The notes under the pieces: model-generated
What the model saw: the letters and a program-made list of their open reading frames with translations, nothing else
The model's database searches: none
Told to the model about the DNA's origin: nothing
From: Octopus sinensis
Taxonomy: Eukaryota
Assembly (NCBI RefSeq): GCF_006345805.1
Contig: NC_042998.1
Location: forward strand, 184,016,001-184,080,000
Reading direction: 5' to 3'
Length of the DNA stretch: 64,000 nt
Made by a program: the position numbers and the translations under genes
Part shown: one piece after another, positions 1 to 13,126 of the stretch
Position numbering within the stretch: the first letter of the stretch is position 1
Layout: the number at the start of each line of letters is the position of its first letter

Positions 1-85
1 AGAAATACAATTGACATATAAATTCATTAACATTATAATATAATAATACTATAAAAAGATAACATAAAATAATATAATAAATAAA

Positions 86-327
86 TAAAACAAATATATA
101 TCCTACAATTTGTTTTGATTCATATCCACTGGTGAATTTATAAAAAATTCACATTTATGTATACAAATCACGTCTATTTTATGATTTAGCAGTCCTTGCA
201 TGAAATTTTTGTCTATTTTTAAGACAAATATTACCCTGATGAGATTCATATACATAAATGTGAATTTATTTATAAATCCACTAGTGGATATTAATCAAAA
301 CAAATTGTAGGGTATATATTTGTTTTG
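86..327. repeat. Imperfect inverted repeat (~90-bp arms) with a degenerate hammerhead motif
   Basis: ~86-178 is the reverse complement of ~242-327. CTGATGA at 236-242; aatc-AAAA-caaattg-TA-gggta at 293-314. Confidence 0.8.
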
Positions 328-332
328 ATTTG

Positions 333-510
333 CTCCTGTGCCGGTGGCATATAAAAAGCACCCACTACACTCTCGGAGTGGTTGGCGTTAGGAAAGGCAT
401 CCAGCTGTAGAAACATTGCCAGCTCAGACTGGGGCCTGGTGCAGCCACTGGCACTCAGTCAAACCAGCCAACCCATGCCAGCATGAAAAACGGATGTTGA
501 TGATGATGAT
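333..510 (+). mobile_element. SINE-like repeat with RTE-type 3' tail and (GAT)n end
   Basis: aaaagcacccactacactc...aacccatgccagcatg...gatgatgat, a family with many copies in the window. Confidence 0.85.
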
Positions 511-770
511 CATCATCATCTTCGTTTAGCGTTCGCTTTCCATGCTAGCATGGGTTGGACGGTTCAACTGGGGTCTGGGAAGCCAGAAGGCTGCACCAGG
601 CCCAGTCTGATCTGGCAATGTTTCTACGGCTGGATGCCCTTCCTAACGCCAACCACTCCGTGAGTGTAGTGGGTGCTTTTTACGTGCCACCGGCACAGGT
701 GCCAGACGAGGCTGGCAAACGGCCACGATCGAATGGTGCTTTTTACGTGCCACCGGCACGGGGGACAATA
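511..770 (-). mobile_element. Same SINE-like family, opposite orientation (tail-to-tail with 333-510)
   Basis: (CAT)n followed by ...tttccatgctagcatgggttggacgg..., plus internal ttttacgtgccaccggcac repeats. Confidence 0.9.
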
Positions 771-991
771 ATATATCTTTCCATAGTATAATTATATAAT
801 GTTAATAAATTTATAATATGCCAGTTATATTCCTCTATTTCCTTTAATATTTATATATTGAACTTATACCATTTTAAGTTCTGATTTTTTTCTCTACTGT
901 ATTGTGGTACTTAACTGAAGAACCAGTGAAAATTCTATGTTTTCCATCCCTTTGAAAGAAATTGTTTTTTCCATGGATTGAATAATAATGT

Positions 992-1022
<31 letters not shown>

Positions 1023-1279
1023 ATATATATATATATATTATATATATATATATAAATACATGCATTTACATATCTATATACACACACATTGAAAACCAAA
1101 ATGTTAGTTGGTCATTAATTTATATATCCTATTATAGGCTTTAGCATTGAAGTTACATACTTAGTCTCTACTAATGACTGTCCTAAAGCAGTTATAAATA
1201 AGATGCATTGAAGTAGCTTTGCTGAAAGGACTAATTAATTTTCATTAAAACTGAAGAGAATGTAAAGCCATAAATTTAC

Positions 1280-1415
1280 CTTTCTAGGAGTGTTGATCCA
1301 AGCAAGGTGACTGAAATGGGAATCAATTGAAACACCAACAACTTCTGCATTGATCTCTTTGAATTTTTCTATATTATCACTAAATGCAATGATCTCGGTT
1401 GGGCATACAAATGTA
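1280..1415 (-). CDS. PRDX3: Peroxiredoxin-3-like coding exon 4 (peroxidatic Cys exon); gene continues left of the window
   Basis: tttcag acceptor and AG|gtaaat donor. Translates (F)[45 protein letters not shown]. In phase with the exon at 5362-5506. [13 protein letters not shown] resembles PRDX3. Confidence 0.96.
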
Positions 1416-1759
1416 CTGAAAACAATAGATAAAAAAGGCTGATTTATTGATTTCTACCACAATGAATAAACAATTGAAAGGTGAGGCTGATGGGCTATTA
1501 ACACAAAAATCCAATAACACCATTCTGAAACCATTATTCCTCCCACTCAGTCCATACAAACATACACAAATAGCAGCAGTATCAATAACCTTATTAACCC
1601 TAATTACTGTGCCTGGATTTGCACAAGAGAGAAATGTAGAGGAACAGCAATCGATGTATTTCACCTGAATTCAACTTTTTAGCCCATGCTCTGGGCTAGA
1701 ACATGGGCTGGAAACAGTAAAGCAGAGAGACTGCTGAGAGAGAAATATTAAACACACTT

Positions 1760-2020
1760 GACTGGCCTCCGTGCTAGTGGCATGTAAAAGGCACCAACTG
1801 ATCGTAGTCGTTTCAGCCCCGCCTGGCCCCTGTACCGGCAGCACGTAAAAAGCACCCACTACACTCATGGAGTGGTTGGCGTTAGGAAGGGCATCCAGCA
1901 GTAGAAACACTGCCAGATCAGACTGGGCCTGGTGCAGCCTCCTGGCTTCCCAGACCCCAGTCGAACCATCCAACCCATGCTAGCATGGAAAGCAGACGTT
2001 AAACGATGATGATGATGATG
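1760..2020 (+). mobile_element. RTE-tail SINE-like repeat
   Basis: Close reverse complement of 511-770; ends in (GAT)n. Confidence 0.9.
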
Positions 2021-3714
2021 ACATGTTGTCCTCACCCAAGTGGTAGCAAAATATACATGGAGAGTTGGATTGGTAGTTTGTATCCAGTTTCTTCAACTGA
2101 CTTCTCACATTAACAAGCACTAACAACAGAATACTTGTTTCTTGGTGGAGGACATCCAAACTTACAACACTTTTTGAAGTTCTTGAACGTAATTTTTCTA
2201 TTCAAGTATAATTTATATCACTCTTAGTGAATCACACATATTTCTTTTATTGATCTGGTAAGATAAAAGGTAATGTTAACTATAACTGAACTTGAAGCAA
2301 GAACCGCTAAACTAATTACTGAAAATTATTTAGTCCTTCACCTCTATATGTATTACAGTGTAACACAATTTTCTTTACAGCATGTCTTAATATTAATATG
2401 ATACATTTAAAATATAAGTTTAAAATCAATTGAACTAACTCACCAAATTATAAGTATATATTTTATTGACTCAGGAAATACAAAAGACAAAAACTATTCC
2501 CAGTTGCGTTTGGGCCCAAAAGAACAAAAATAAATAATATGAGGAACTTAGTTTCACTGCTTTGGTCCACTCATTGTCTGGCACATTGCTGTACTCAAGA
2601 AGACCTGCACACCACAACAAAATTGATATCCTAAAACCAAGGTGACGCATCAAAAGCATTGGTATGGGTGCTGGTACCATGTATAAAGCATCTGGTACAT
2701 TTTGTAAAGTGATTGGCATTAAGAATGGCATCCAGCCATACAAACCAAATCAAAACAGACTACTGAACCTTACCAGTTCCTGCCAAGCTGTCCAACCCAC
2801 ACCAGTATGGAAAACAAACATTATTGATGATGAGGGCTGACAGTTCCCATGTTTAGAATGTGAGCAGATAGCCAAGTTAAAAGGGTACTGGACAACCAAG
2901 TTTGTGATTGTTTATATCTTGTCACTGGCACCTAACTTTCAAATAATCCAGCTTCCAGGACTGAGTTTGGTTTCCCCCATGGTTATAGCTTGGAGAAGGA
3001 ATGGTTCAATTGAATTGACATATCTCAGACATATATATGGCATGAAAACAAAGTCTTTAGTATCTTATTAGCTTCAGTCATACAACTGCATCCCAGCTGG
3101 GATACCCCAACCCTAGTACTTATTTTTAATTCTGGTAGTTATTCTATCAGTCTCTCTTGCTGAACCACTAAGTTATGGGGACAGTGGTTGTCAAGTAGTG
3201 GCATGACAAACACAACACACATGGGCTTCCTCACAGTTTCCATCTACCATCTTCACTTAGAAGGCATTGATTGGACCAGGGTTATATAGTAGAAGACACT
3301 ACTCCCACTTACCCACTCCTATATAACGTGCCTATAGCAAGACACCCATGCTTGTCCTATCATACTTTAGCTTTTCAACACTTGGCATAAAGCTCCCAAA
3401 CCACAACAGCTTGAGCTTTATCCATTTCCTTTTTCCCCTGTACTTTTCTGTCTTACAGGTTACTTGACAAACTAACTAGAGCTTGTAGCACGAAAAAAAA
3501 AAAAAAGTACCCAGTACACACTTTAAAGTGGTTGGCATTAAGAATAGCATTCAACCATGGAAACCATGCCAAAGTTGACAGTGAAGCTCAGTGCAGCACT
3601 GCAGTTTGCCAGATCTTGTCAGACCATATAACCCACACAAGCATAAAAAACAGTCATTAAATGATGATAATGATGCTTTCAGCAATTTTCCCAGTTACTC
3701 ATTAACCTAGTCAT

Positions 3715-4945
3715 GCTTATCTTAAGCTTTGTAGTCTAATTAAATTCCTGGGGTTCACCAAGGATCAATCCTCAGCTCCCTCTTGTTTACCATCGTCCTC
3801 CAGGCAACAATAGAGGAATTTAAAATGAGCTTCCAGTGGCAGCCACTCTATGCTGATGACCTTGCTCTTATAGCCGAATCACTACCAGAACTAGAAGAAT
3901 TTCAGGAGTGGAAATAAAGTCTAGAATCAAAGGGCTTTAGATTTAATCTAGCAAAAACCAGTCTTAGTAAGTAGGTAAGCAAATCACAAATCCCTTCAGG
4001 TAGATGGCTCTGCTTGATCTGTAGAAAAGGTATAGGTAGAAACTCCATAAGATGCAATGCAAGCTATATCAGAAGGTTAACTGGGAAAATAGTATACATG
4101 TGTGAAAGGTGCACAGGTAAAATAAATACTAAAAATGTACAGAAAAATAGACTCCATCAAATGCCAGTGGGGAAAGCTAGAAGTAGTTGATAGCTTCCGT
4201 TATCTAGGTGACCAAGTCAGTAGTGGATGCTCTGAGAGAGTAGCTGTGAGAATAGGCTGGGCAAAGTTCAGAGAGCTTCTACCTCTGTTGGTAACTAAGG
4301 GCCTCTCCCTCAGAGTAAAAAGCAGATAGTATGATGCCTGTGTGCAAACAACCATGCTACATGGCAGTAAAACATGAGCTATGACTGCCAAGGACATGTG
4401 TAGGCTTGAAAGAAATGAAACCAGTATGCTTTGTTGAATGTGCAATGTCAGTATGCATGAACAACAGATGGGGTATACGAGAGAGACAACTGTGTTGATA
4501 TGGTCACGTGATGCATACAGATTGTAGACAGCTGTGTAAAGAAGTGCTGATCTCTGTAGAGGGAACCTGTGGAAGGGGTAGACAGAGGAAGACATGAGAC
4601 GAGGTGGTGAAGCATGATCTTTGAACATTGGGTCTCACAGAGACAATGACAGGTGACCGAGACCTTTGGTGATATGCTGTACCCGAGAAGACCCATAAAG
4701 CAAAATGAAATTGTAGTCATGGCTGATGCCAGTGTCACATAACTGATACCTGTGCTTGTGGTACGTAAAAAGCACTTATTACACTCTTGGAGAGGTTGGT
4801 GTTAGGAAGGGCATCCAGTCATAGAAACCATGTCAAATCAGATTGGAACCTGATGTAGCCCTCCAGTTTACCAGTTCCAGTCAAACCGTCTAATCCAGGC
4901 TAGCATGGAAAGCAGATGTAAAATAATGGTGATGATGATTCACTG
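3715..4945 (+). mobile_element. RTE-clade LINE, 5'-truncated and degenerate, with 3' tail
   Basis: RT remnants (LYADDL-like; LEVVDSFRYLGDQVSSGCSERVAVRIGWAKFRELLPLL), then a 3' UTR ending in (GAT)n. Confidence 0.85.
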
Positions 4946-4979
4946 TTATTATTTTAATGATGTTATTGTAATGAAGCGA

Positions 4980-5262
4980 GGTCGTTACCAGTGCCGCTGG
5001 ACTGGCTCCTGTGCAGGTGGCACATAAAAAGCACCATCTGAGTGTGGCCGTTGCCAGTACTGCCTGACCGGCCCTCGTGCCAGTGGCACGTAAAAGCACC
5101 CGATACACTCTCGGAGTGGTTGGCATTAGGAAGGGCATCCAGCTGTAGAAACTCTACCAGATCAAGATTGGCGTCTGGTGTAGCCATCTGGTTCGCCAGA
5201 CCTCAGTGAAATCATTCAACCCATGCTAGCATGGAAAACAGACGTTAAACGATGATGATGAT
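4980..5262 (+). mobile_element. RTE-tail SINE-like repeat
   Basis: Same family motifs and (GAT)n tail. Confidence 0.85.
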
Positions 5263-5361
5263 GTAAAAAGAAGGGATTAATATGATTTCTCTAAATCAAC
5301 TCAGAAATATTTACAATGTGTTTTCCTTCATGACATCTAAATGAATCAGAGAAAAACTTAC

Positions 5362-5506
5362 AAATCTAGTGGATAAAAGAAGAGCACCAAATATTTTCCT
5401 TTGTAATCTGCCAACTTAAGGTCTTTGAATTCTCCATTGACAACAGCAGTCCCTTTGAAGTCTGGTGCAGCTTGTTGTATTTTGGCCGCCAGCAGTGCAG
5501 GACCAC
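5362..5506 (-). CDS. PRDX3: Peroxiredoxin-3-like coding exon 3
   Basis: ttatttgaag acceptor and TT|gtaagt donor. Translates [48 protein letters not shown], the typical 2-Cys Prx N-terminus. Confidence 0.96.
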
Positions 5507-5789
5507 CTTCAAATAACAAAATAAATTTAGTTAAAAATAACTAAAACTGACATGGAATTGGATTATTAACTCCAGAGCCATGAGTTCATATATGCTGTAT
5601 GAGTTGCTTATGTTCCAGTAGGAATAACTATAAGACAATGTCTGTAGAATATACAGTAGCAGAACAAAGGGGTTTCAGAGGGTTGATGTTCCGGGGTAGG
5701 AAGAATGGACAAAGCAATTAGGGTAGGGAACTGGCTTCTGAGATAAAGATGAGGAGGAAGAAATACAAGTATATCAGTTGTTGTTGTTG

Positions 5790-6090
5790 TTTGTTCCTTC
5801 TCGAGCCATGCCTGGCTCATAAGGGCCGGTTTCCCGGTTTCTTGGTGTATAGGTTCCCAGCCTGGACGGGACGCCGGTCCATCGCAGGTGAGCTGCAAGA
5901 TGCAGTAGGACAGAGTGAGAGAAAGTTGTGGCGAAAGAGCCAGCAGAAGTTTCGCCATTACCTTCTGCTGGAGCCGTGTGGAGCTTAAGTGTTTCGCTCA
6001 TAAACACACACATCATCCGGTCTGAGATTCGAACCCTCAATCCCTCGACCGCGAGTCCGCTGCTCTCACCACTAGGCCATGTGCCTCCAC
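5790..6090 (-). mobile_element. tRNA-derived SINE (gtggaggc...-head family)
   Basis: tRNA-like head with A/B boxes at ~6020-6090; similar to 27629-27935 and 44250-44545. Confidence 0.75.
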
Positions 6091-7060
6091 AAGTATATCA
6101 GTTGAAAGTGTGCAGCTAACTAGTTTAGAGAAGTAGAGATTGCTGTAGTAGTGATGAATAAACAGAGAAATAAGATAGTGAATTTGTGAGCTTGAGGCCA
6201 AAGCATGTCAGTGAGCTTTTACTAATTAGCTGGACAATCGTTTTTTTTAGATATGGATATCTTGTGCACTCAGCATAACTGACATACTTTCTTAGGTTTA
6301 TACTTTTGTTATATAATCTTTTGGCTGAGGATAGGCTCAACCTAATCTAAATATGACCTACAGCATTTAAATTACTTAATGTAATCTAAAAACATGCTTA
6401 CATATATATTTTCATTTACATATACACACTTGTAAACCAGGTCAAAATTATAAATTGTTTCATTGTAAAGTTGATAGAATTTTGTCATTTCTGGTTGGTT
6501 GATTGTATGTATATATCATCATCATTTTAACATTCACTTTTTCATTCCATGCTTGCATGAGTTAGATGAAGTTTAGTGAGGTAAACTTTTAACAGCTGGA
6601 TACCTTTCCTGTTGCCAACCCTCACCTGTTTCCGAGCAAGATAGCATTTCCCCATTGCCAGATATGTTCGTACAGAATACTGGAAATACACGACACCGCT
6701 TGTGTGACAGTGACAATCATTTACAACAATTACGTGATGTCAAAACAAGGACACACACACAAACTGGCTCCTTTTAGCTAAATTCACTTACAATACCTTG
6801 GTTGGCTACAGTAGGAGACACTTGCCCAAGGTGTCATGTAGTGGGACTCAGCCATGCAATTGGAAAGCAAACTGCTTACCATACAGCATCATCTGTGCCT
6901 AGCTTGTGGATGAGAAAGACCCAGGGAGACATGGGATGTAATGGTGAAGGCTAACCTCAGGACTAAGCCTCATGGGAAAATGACAAAGCATTAGGATATC
7001 TAGCAAAATGAGATTCTCATGCAAACTTGCCCATTATAATAAAACAGACTTCCTGAAGTG

Positions 7061-7113
<53 letters not shown>

Positions 7114-8288
7114 CCGTATCAATGTCATGTGCTTCCTCACCACACCATATCATCTATTGCAGTTGTCCCCCTGCCCCGCCCATCTCTATACCACTTTTCT
7201 CTATTGCCACTCAGAACGACCTCACTAGTTAGCAATTCTTCATCCATCAATATTGTTCTCCACACCCACATGTTAAACACCTATTCCTCCATCCTTACCC
7301 AGACCGTTAAATTATCTCTCTTTATGCATTACAATTCTTTACTCCACTGCTGCATCCAATCCAAACATGTCATCTTTCTTCTTCCCAACCTCCCCATCAA
7401 CAGTATCATTACTATTCTACTGCAAGCATCCCTGTAACCTGCTTGACTAGTGCACCTGCCTCCCCTTTTCCACTTCCCCCACACACTCCTGCAAAACCCC
7501 CACTTCTCACCCACTATTGATCCTGTTACATGAGGTGCTACCTGGGCACCTTATCACCACAGTTTATCTTCTTGGAGATACTTCTAATCCATTCTTATTC
7601 TCTCTCCTAAATGTGATCAGCCATGTAGCTCCTTTACAATGAGAACCTGCTCTAGCCCAACCTTTTCCCTCGTCCCTTAACCTCCATCTAATATACAACT
7701 GCAACATCCACCCTCCCTGGGTTTGTTGACTTGCAAGCTACATGGTGACCTCAATAGTGCTGGTGGTACAACAAAAAGCACCTAGTATACACTGTAGTGT
7801 GGCTGATATTAGGAAGGACATCTAGCAGTGGAAAACACACCAAAGCAGACACTGGAGCATGATGCAGTCCATCGACTCATTGGATCCTTAACAACCCATT
7901 CAACCCATGCTGGCATGGAACATGGTAGTTATATGATGATGATGATGAAATGTATTAAATAAAAATAGATCCACACTTTTGTTAAGCTGAGCTGGCATGC
8001 TGGTCTTAATTCCAGTTGTGATTATTTCATTTTGTTTTATATGGTTAATATCATAGTTTACCCCACTCCACCTAAAAATCTCATGCTATTTAAATTATGC
8101 AAGAAACCATTATTAAACAACCTTGGGACATTTTTCCAATATGATTTAATGTTTTAATCACTAAAGCCTAGTTAATCACTAATGTTAGATTACACCTTAA
8201 GGTCTAAAACCTTTGGCATGTTCTTGGGAAGTGAATACAGAAAAGGATTGCAAATGAATGTAAAGAAGGATGTATGTAAAAGTATTAC

Positions 8289-8370
8289 CTGTTTTAAATG
8301 TACGACATCCAAATTGTAATCTCTGAGAAGTTCCAGATGCAAATTTAACAAACTGTTGAAGTCTGCAGAG
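8289..8370 (-). CDS. PRDX3: PRDX3-like exon 2, mitochondrial presequence
   Basis: Pyrimidine-rich ...gtgatttcacag acceptor and AG|gtaata donor. 82 nt, phase 0 to phase 1, matching exon 3. Encodes LCRLQQFVKFASGTSQRLQFGCRTFKTG: basic, no acidic residues, R-x-F-x-x-G (R-10-type) motif. Confidence 0.8.
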
Positions 8371-10551
8371 CTGTGAAATCACATGAAATGAAACAGATAA
8401 ACTAAGATTAGAAAACAAAAAATATATCATTGTAGGCTATTAGTTATTAGATGATGAATATTTTACAGTCTACTAGATAACATTTAGAGGGAGAATTTAT
8501 TGAAGAAATAATCAATAAATAGATCCATTTGATTCTAAAACCAGGAAATAATTCCAACCAACTCTACTGGAATCTGATTAAAAAATATTTTCAGATTTTT
8601 ACCAAGTGAGAAACAAGAAAACTTAAGTTTTTAGTTTTTTAAGAATTTTCTCTGCTGCCAGAACTTTCTGAAGTGCTTGGTTTGCAATAATGATTTCCAA
8701 TTTGCTATTAACTACAAAAGCCTACTTTAAAACAGATTTATATTTTGTAACTAGCAAATTTTACATAGGAATTCATGTTCTGTGTAGAAAATATGTTATA
8801 TATATTACTGCAACCAAATATAAATAAAAGTTTGTGAAGACAAAACTTTACACTTTTCTTGGCCAAAATTAATTCCTGTTAATATATCGCTTACAGTTAT
8901 CAAGTCTATGACAGTTTCATTTATAAACAGAATATAAGGCCATGCCTGTGCCCCATTGTGAGAACAACCTCACTGATCCTGCCAATTACATGCTAATGAC
9001 TTTAACTTCTAATATCCCAAAGAACTGGAAACAATCACATTCAACCAGCTTCTTTATCATCTTGTGTGAACAGTAATTTCTGTGTATTTTGTACATTAAC
9101 AATCTCTTCCTGTCATTTATAATCACACAGATCTGAACAGATGATTCAGTTCTTTACAGAAAAGTATTATTCACTTTCGTTCAAGGCACCTCAAACCTGA
9201 CATGCAGAACTATGAGCACTGACCTAAAATTATCACTTGATGAGGACACGATAACCTTGTCTCATTAAATACACAGTTATTACACAAAACACAACATATA
9301 TTGTCATTCTCATTCATGTAAAATACATGAATCTTCTATCTTTAGAAATGCCCAGCCTCAAGACTCTGATGATCTTTCATGGAAACTAGTTACAACATAA
9401 ATAGCAACATAAACATCTTCCAGGATACTCTGTGTCAAAAAATACACAACTCACAGCTACTTAATGGCATATAAGGCATAACTTCACCTTACATTAGATT
9501 CCAAGATCAAACACAAAGGAAAAAAAGCAACCTAACTAACTGGCAAATCTTCACTGGCCGACACAATAAACATTACCAACTAGCATGCTGCATTCTCTCT
9601 CTGCATCTTCTAGTGCTACTAGAACAGTTCATGATACTGGGAATTAACCAGCTGTTACTAATCAATGACCATCTCCTTTTGACAGCTTTACTAGTGTACT
9701 AAATACTTCTCAGAATCTTTCCTCCTTAAAACTGCAATTTCATTGAACTCACTTCTTGCTTAAGTTTTGCCCATATAGACTTGCAGAAGTTCAAGCTGAA
9801 CATCAACCATGCTATCTCACTGCTCTGAAGTGACCTGCAAGGTTATAGGCACAGGCCCTTTCCTTAGCCTTATAAAAAAGTAAATGATGGTATTACTTGC
9901 TAACTATACTGATATTCTCTACTTTATGACTAAGATTCTTGCATTTCTTACAAATCTGATAATTTGGCATTTTTTTAAGCATTGACATAAGCTTAATAAT
10001 AAATTCTCAAGCATGAAGTTGGCTCTTTCAGTGTGAATTACTGACATGTATTTAAAGATAGATGAAAAAGGAACACATTTTAAAATATAGACAGCTACCC
10101 TGGTGATTCATCAACTTGGAATGATCTGGTTTCATTGTTTATACATTAGTATTTTTGTGATACAAAAAGTTAAAATTTAAGTGAAAAATATTCACTGAGA
10201 AGATACTATTAAGATTTAGGAAAAAATGTTAAGTCAGACCAGAGAAATTTGATTCTCATCTATTATATAAGAAGATACTACCCATAGTTCAACTTTTCCC
10301 AGCATTGAAAAAAACCCCAAAACTAATGATTAGAATTTCTATTCAGAAGCACCAAGGTTTTACTTCTTACTGGGTTGCATTATAATACATCAGAATTTTT
10401 TCTAATAAATGTTAAACAAGATATTTCAGCTAACCTTGAATTGAAAACCCATTTTCCTACGCTCTTTTAAAACAAATCTGAATAAATAAAAAGTTCAGTG
10501 CCTACTCCACTAACTATATTCATTTAATGAGTGAATATGTTCATTATGATA

Positions 10552-10918
10552 TTTACTCTTTTACTTGTTTCAGTCATTTGACTGCGGCCATGCTGGAGCA
10601 CCGTCTTTAGTCGAGCAAATCGACCCCAGGACTTATTCTTTGTAAGCCTAGTACTTATTCTATTGGTCTCTTTTGCCGAACCGCTAAGTTACAGGGACAT
10701 AAACACACCAGCATCAGTTGTCAAGTGATGATGGGGGGGGGGACAAACACAGACATATATATACATATATACGACAGGCTTCTTTCAGTTTCCATTTACC
10801 AAATCCACTCACAAGGCTTTGGTCAGCCCGAGGCTATAGTAGAAGACACTTGCCCAAGGTGCCATGCAGTGGGACTGAACCCAGAACCATGTGGTTGGTA
10901 AGCAAGCTACTTACCACA
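10552..10918 (-). mobile_element. tRNA-derived SINE (ggagtggctgtgtggtaag family)
   Basis: Head ...ggttctgggttcagtcccactgcatggcaccttgggcaag..., central microsatellite, 3' ...tgactgaaacaagtaaaag. Confidence 0.9.
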
Positions 10919-10999
10919 AAACTTAAAAATCTAGTGTACTTCCTTCTCAGTCTAAATGTTTAAGATTACAGTAAATATTTGGCAGGAAAGGAGAGACTG

Positions 11000-11200
11000 G
11001 TGATGGTGCCATATAAAGAGCATCCAGTACACTCTGTAATGTGGTTGGCATTAGGAAGGGCATCCAACCATAGAAACCAAGCCAAAACAGACTATGGCAC
11101 CTGGTGCAGCTCCTGGCTTTGCCAGGTCCTGTCAAACCATCCAATCCATGCCAGCTTGGAAAATGGACGTTAAATGTTGATGATGATGACGACGATGATG
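11000..11200 (+). mobile_element. RTE-tail SINE-like repeat
   Basis: Family motifs and (GAT)n tail. Confidence 0.75.
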
Positions 11201-13126
11201 TGGAGAATAAGAACTGGTGTAAGGGAAGTTGAGCTCTGGAATTTTTAACTGCTGAGTTAAGTGAAGTGGTCAACAACTTCGATATTTTCATCTGCAACTG
11301 AGAGATGAGATAGAGTACCCCAGGAAGCCAACAAAAGACTGGGTCTGTCTTGATCCAAGTAATGAAGGCCAAGTGATTCAGCTTCCTCATGTAGTGAAAA
11401 GAGAGCACTTGAGACATCCAGACACTCAGCAAGAATAACTGCATCAACAAAATCAGCAATCTTTATTAGTATGGTCCATAGCAGCATTAGTTTTTTAATG
11501 GTTATAATACATTAATATAATTTGATGTTTGAAAATTATATTGTATACTATTTGAAATAAAGAAATTTCTCAATTCAAAATTTGTAATGTTCAATTAAAA
11601 TATTTGGAAGATCGATTACGTCCCTTGACATAGATTTAGTTTAGTCTATGAAACTGACACTGATATTCATTTGAATAAATTGTAAAAAGCAATTTTTATT
11701 TGCGATTCTACAGATCTGGGAATAAGATGAAAGAAAGATAATATAGTTGTAAACAATATCACGACTCACACTCAAAGTCGAAATAGAAGTGACTAGAAAT
11801 ATTGTTTTGAATGTTACATTATGTGGCGGGAAAATAGAATTTTAAAACAAGCATACATGAGGTTTGGTACACGTGCAGCAATTAATGAAATATGCAAACT
11901 GACTCGTTAAAGCAACAGACACCGAGTAAGAACCTTTGTTTCTTCGGTAACAACTTTTAATGGTTATAATACATCCAATATAATTAGATGCATACGGTTA
12001 CATAATACTAGCTATACCGGCTTACGTCAATGCGTGCATGTGATATTGGTGCATCATTCCATATTTTTAAAACAAAATTTCTCTAGCAAAAAGGTTACTG
12101 AAGAAAAAAAAGAAATCTTTTTTATTAATTTCGCAGTTAGGTACTTCATTAACAATGATTATAAAATTAAAAAAAGAATTGTTAAGCCAAGTAAGGGATA
12201 TAAGCTCAATTGGGATTAAATCTACGATGACTGGTTTAAATTGGTGTTAATCGTAACTCAGCCCCTGCCCTGCTCGGGCCATACAGTAATCTCTCCAGAC
12301 TTATCAGATTCGATATAATTCTGTCTGATCTGGTCACACGCAAAAAAAAAAAAAACTGTTGATGTTGGAGAACAAGACAAGCTGTAATCAATGATACTTA
12401 TTTTGTCGCTCCATTCAAGGTTAAAGATGTTAGTTCCTTTTGAGTACTAACGGAGATTTGAAGGACATTGGATACGAAAGAAATGACGTTTAATACCGTG
12501 TTATGCTCCGATCAAAGGTATTACAGATTTAACTAGGGTGGCCTTCCTCCACACCCGTTCAAACAGTGTATCTTAGATTTCGTTATTACGGGTATCTTTT
12601 TTTTCAAGGCAAAACGGCATGAATAGATTTGGCTGTTTTTCCATGCAGGTCGAATGACTGCGAAGAAGTTGCTTTCGTCGGCTGAAAACCATATGCACAT
12701 TATGAAACTATAAAAAAAATACTAAACTTTGAAATAAGTTGAAGTACAAACAAGATAAAGGGACAAATATTCATTTACCCAGCAAAATAATAAAAAGTGA
12801 AACGAATTACTTGGAAAGGAGGAAAACAGAACTTATAATAGGAGATATTCAAACATTTTCTTTTTCAAGAATAAAAGGCTAATTAAAATAAAATATATGC
12901 ATATTTTGAAATATAAAATGAATGCTAAATAATAAATGAAAGATGCATAGGCTTCGCAAGATAATGGTATTCCACCCGTCTTGAATGAATAAACTAAATG
13001 TTGTTATGTAAAAAATACAAGGTGTCTTGGGGGTACAGGTTAATTAAACGTTCGGCAACAATTAAAGACCAACGTTCTCATAAAAATTCAGTATGGTGTT
13101 AAAAAATTAAAACATTTTATAATTAC

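Noticed and set aside
555-791. MDGSTGVWEARRL... ORF and its repeats at 1671-1973, 37613-38120 and 44728-45069
   Set aside because: Antisense reading of the RTE-tail SINE.
910-940. CTGAAGA...GAAA motif (and a similar one at ~9365)
   Set aside because: Stems I and II cannot form; chance match.
1447-1668. Overlapping ORFs on both strands beside PRDX3 exon 4
   Set aside because: Intronic; the minus ORF runs into exon 4 out of frame; no homology recognised.
8451-8577. Possible box C/D snoRNA (ATGATGA ... CTGA) in the conserved duplicated tract
   Set aside because: Antisense to the host transcript, no terminal stem, and the second copy has TTGA at box D.
11257-11487. 76-aa protein-like ORF (ADFVDAVILAECLDVSS...) in PRDX3 intron 1
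   Set aside because: No convincing splice sites and no recognisable family; probably an old TE remnant. A tBLASTn search would settle it.
11620-11631. Alternative first-exon candidates MSRD|gtaatc (here) and MFSLNFCKSIWAKLKQE|gtgagt (9753-9803)
   Set aside because: Both are phase-compatible but contain acidic residues and are farther from the NRF1-type motif than MLRTG. Not excluded without RNA data.
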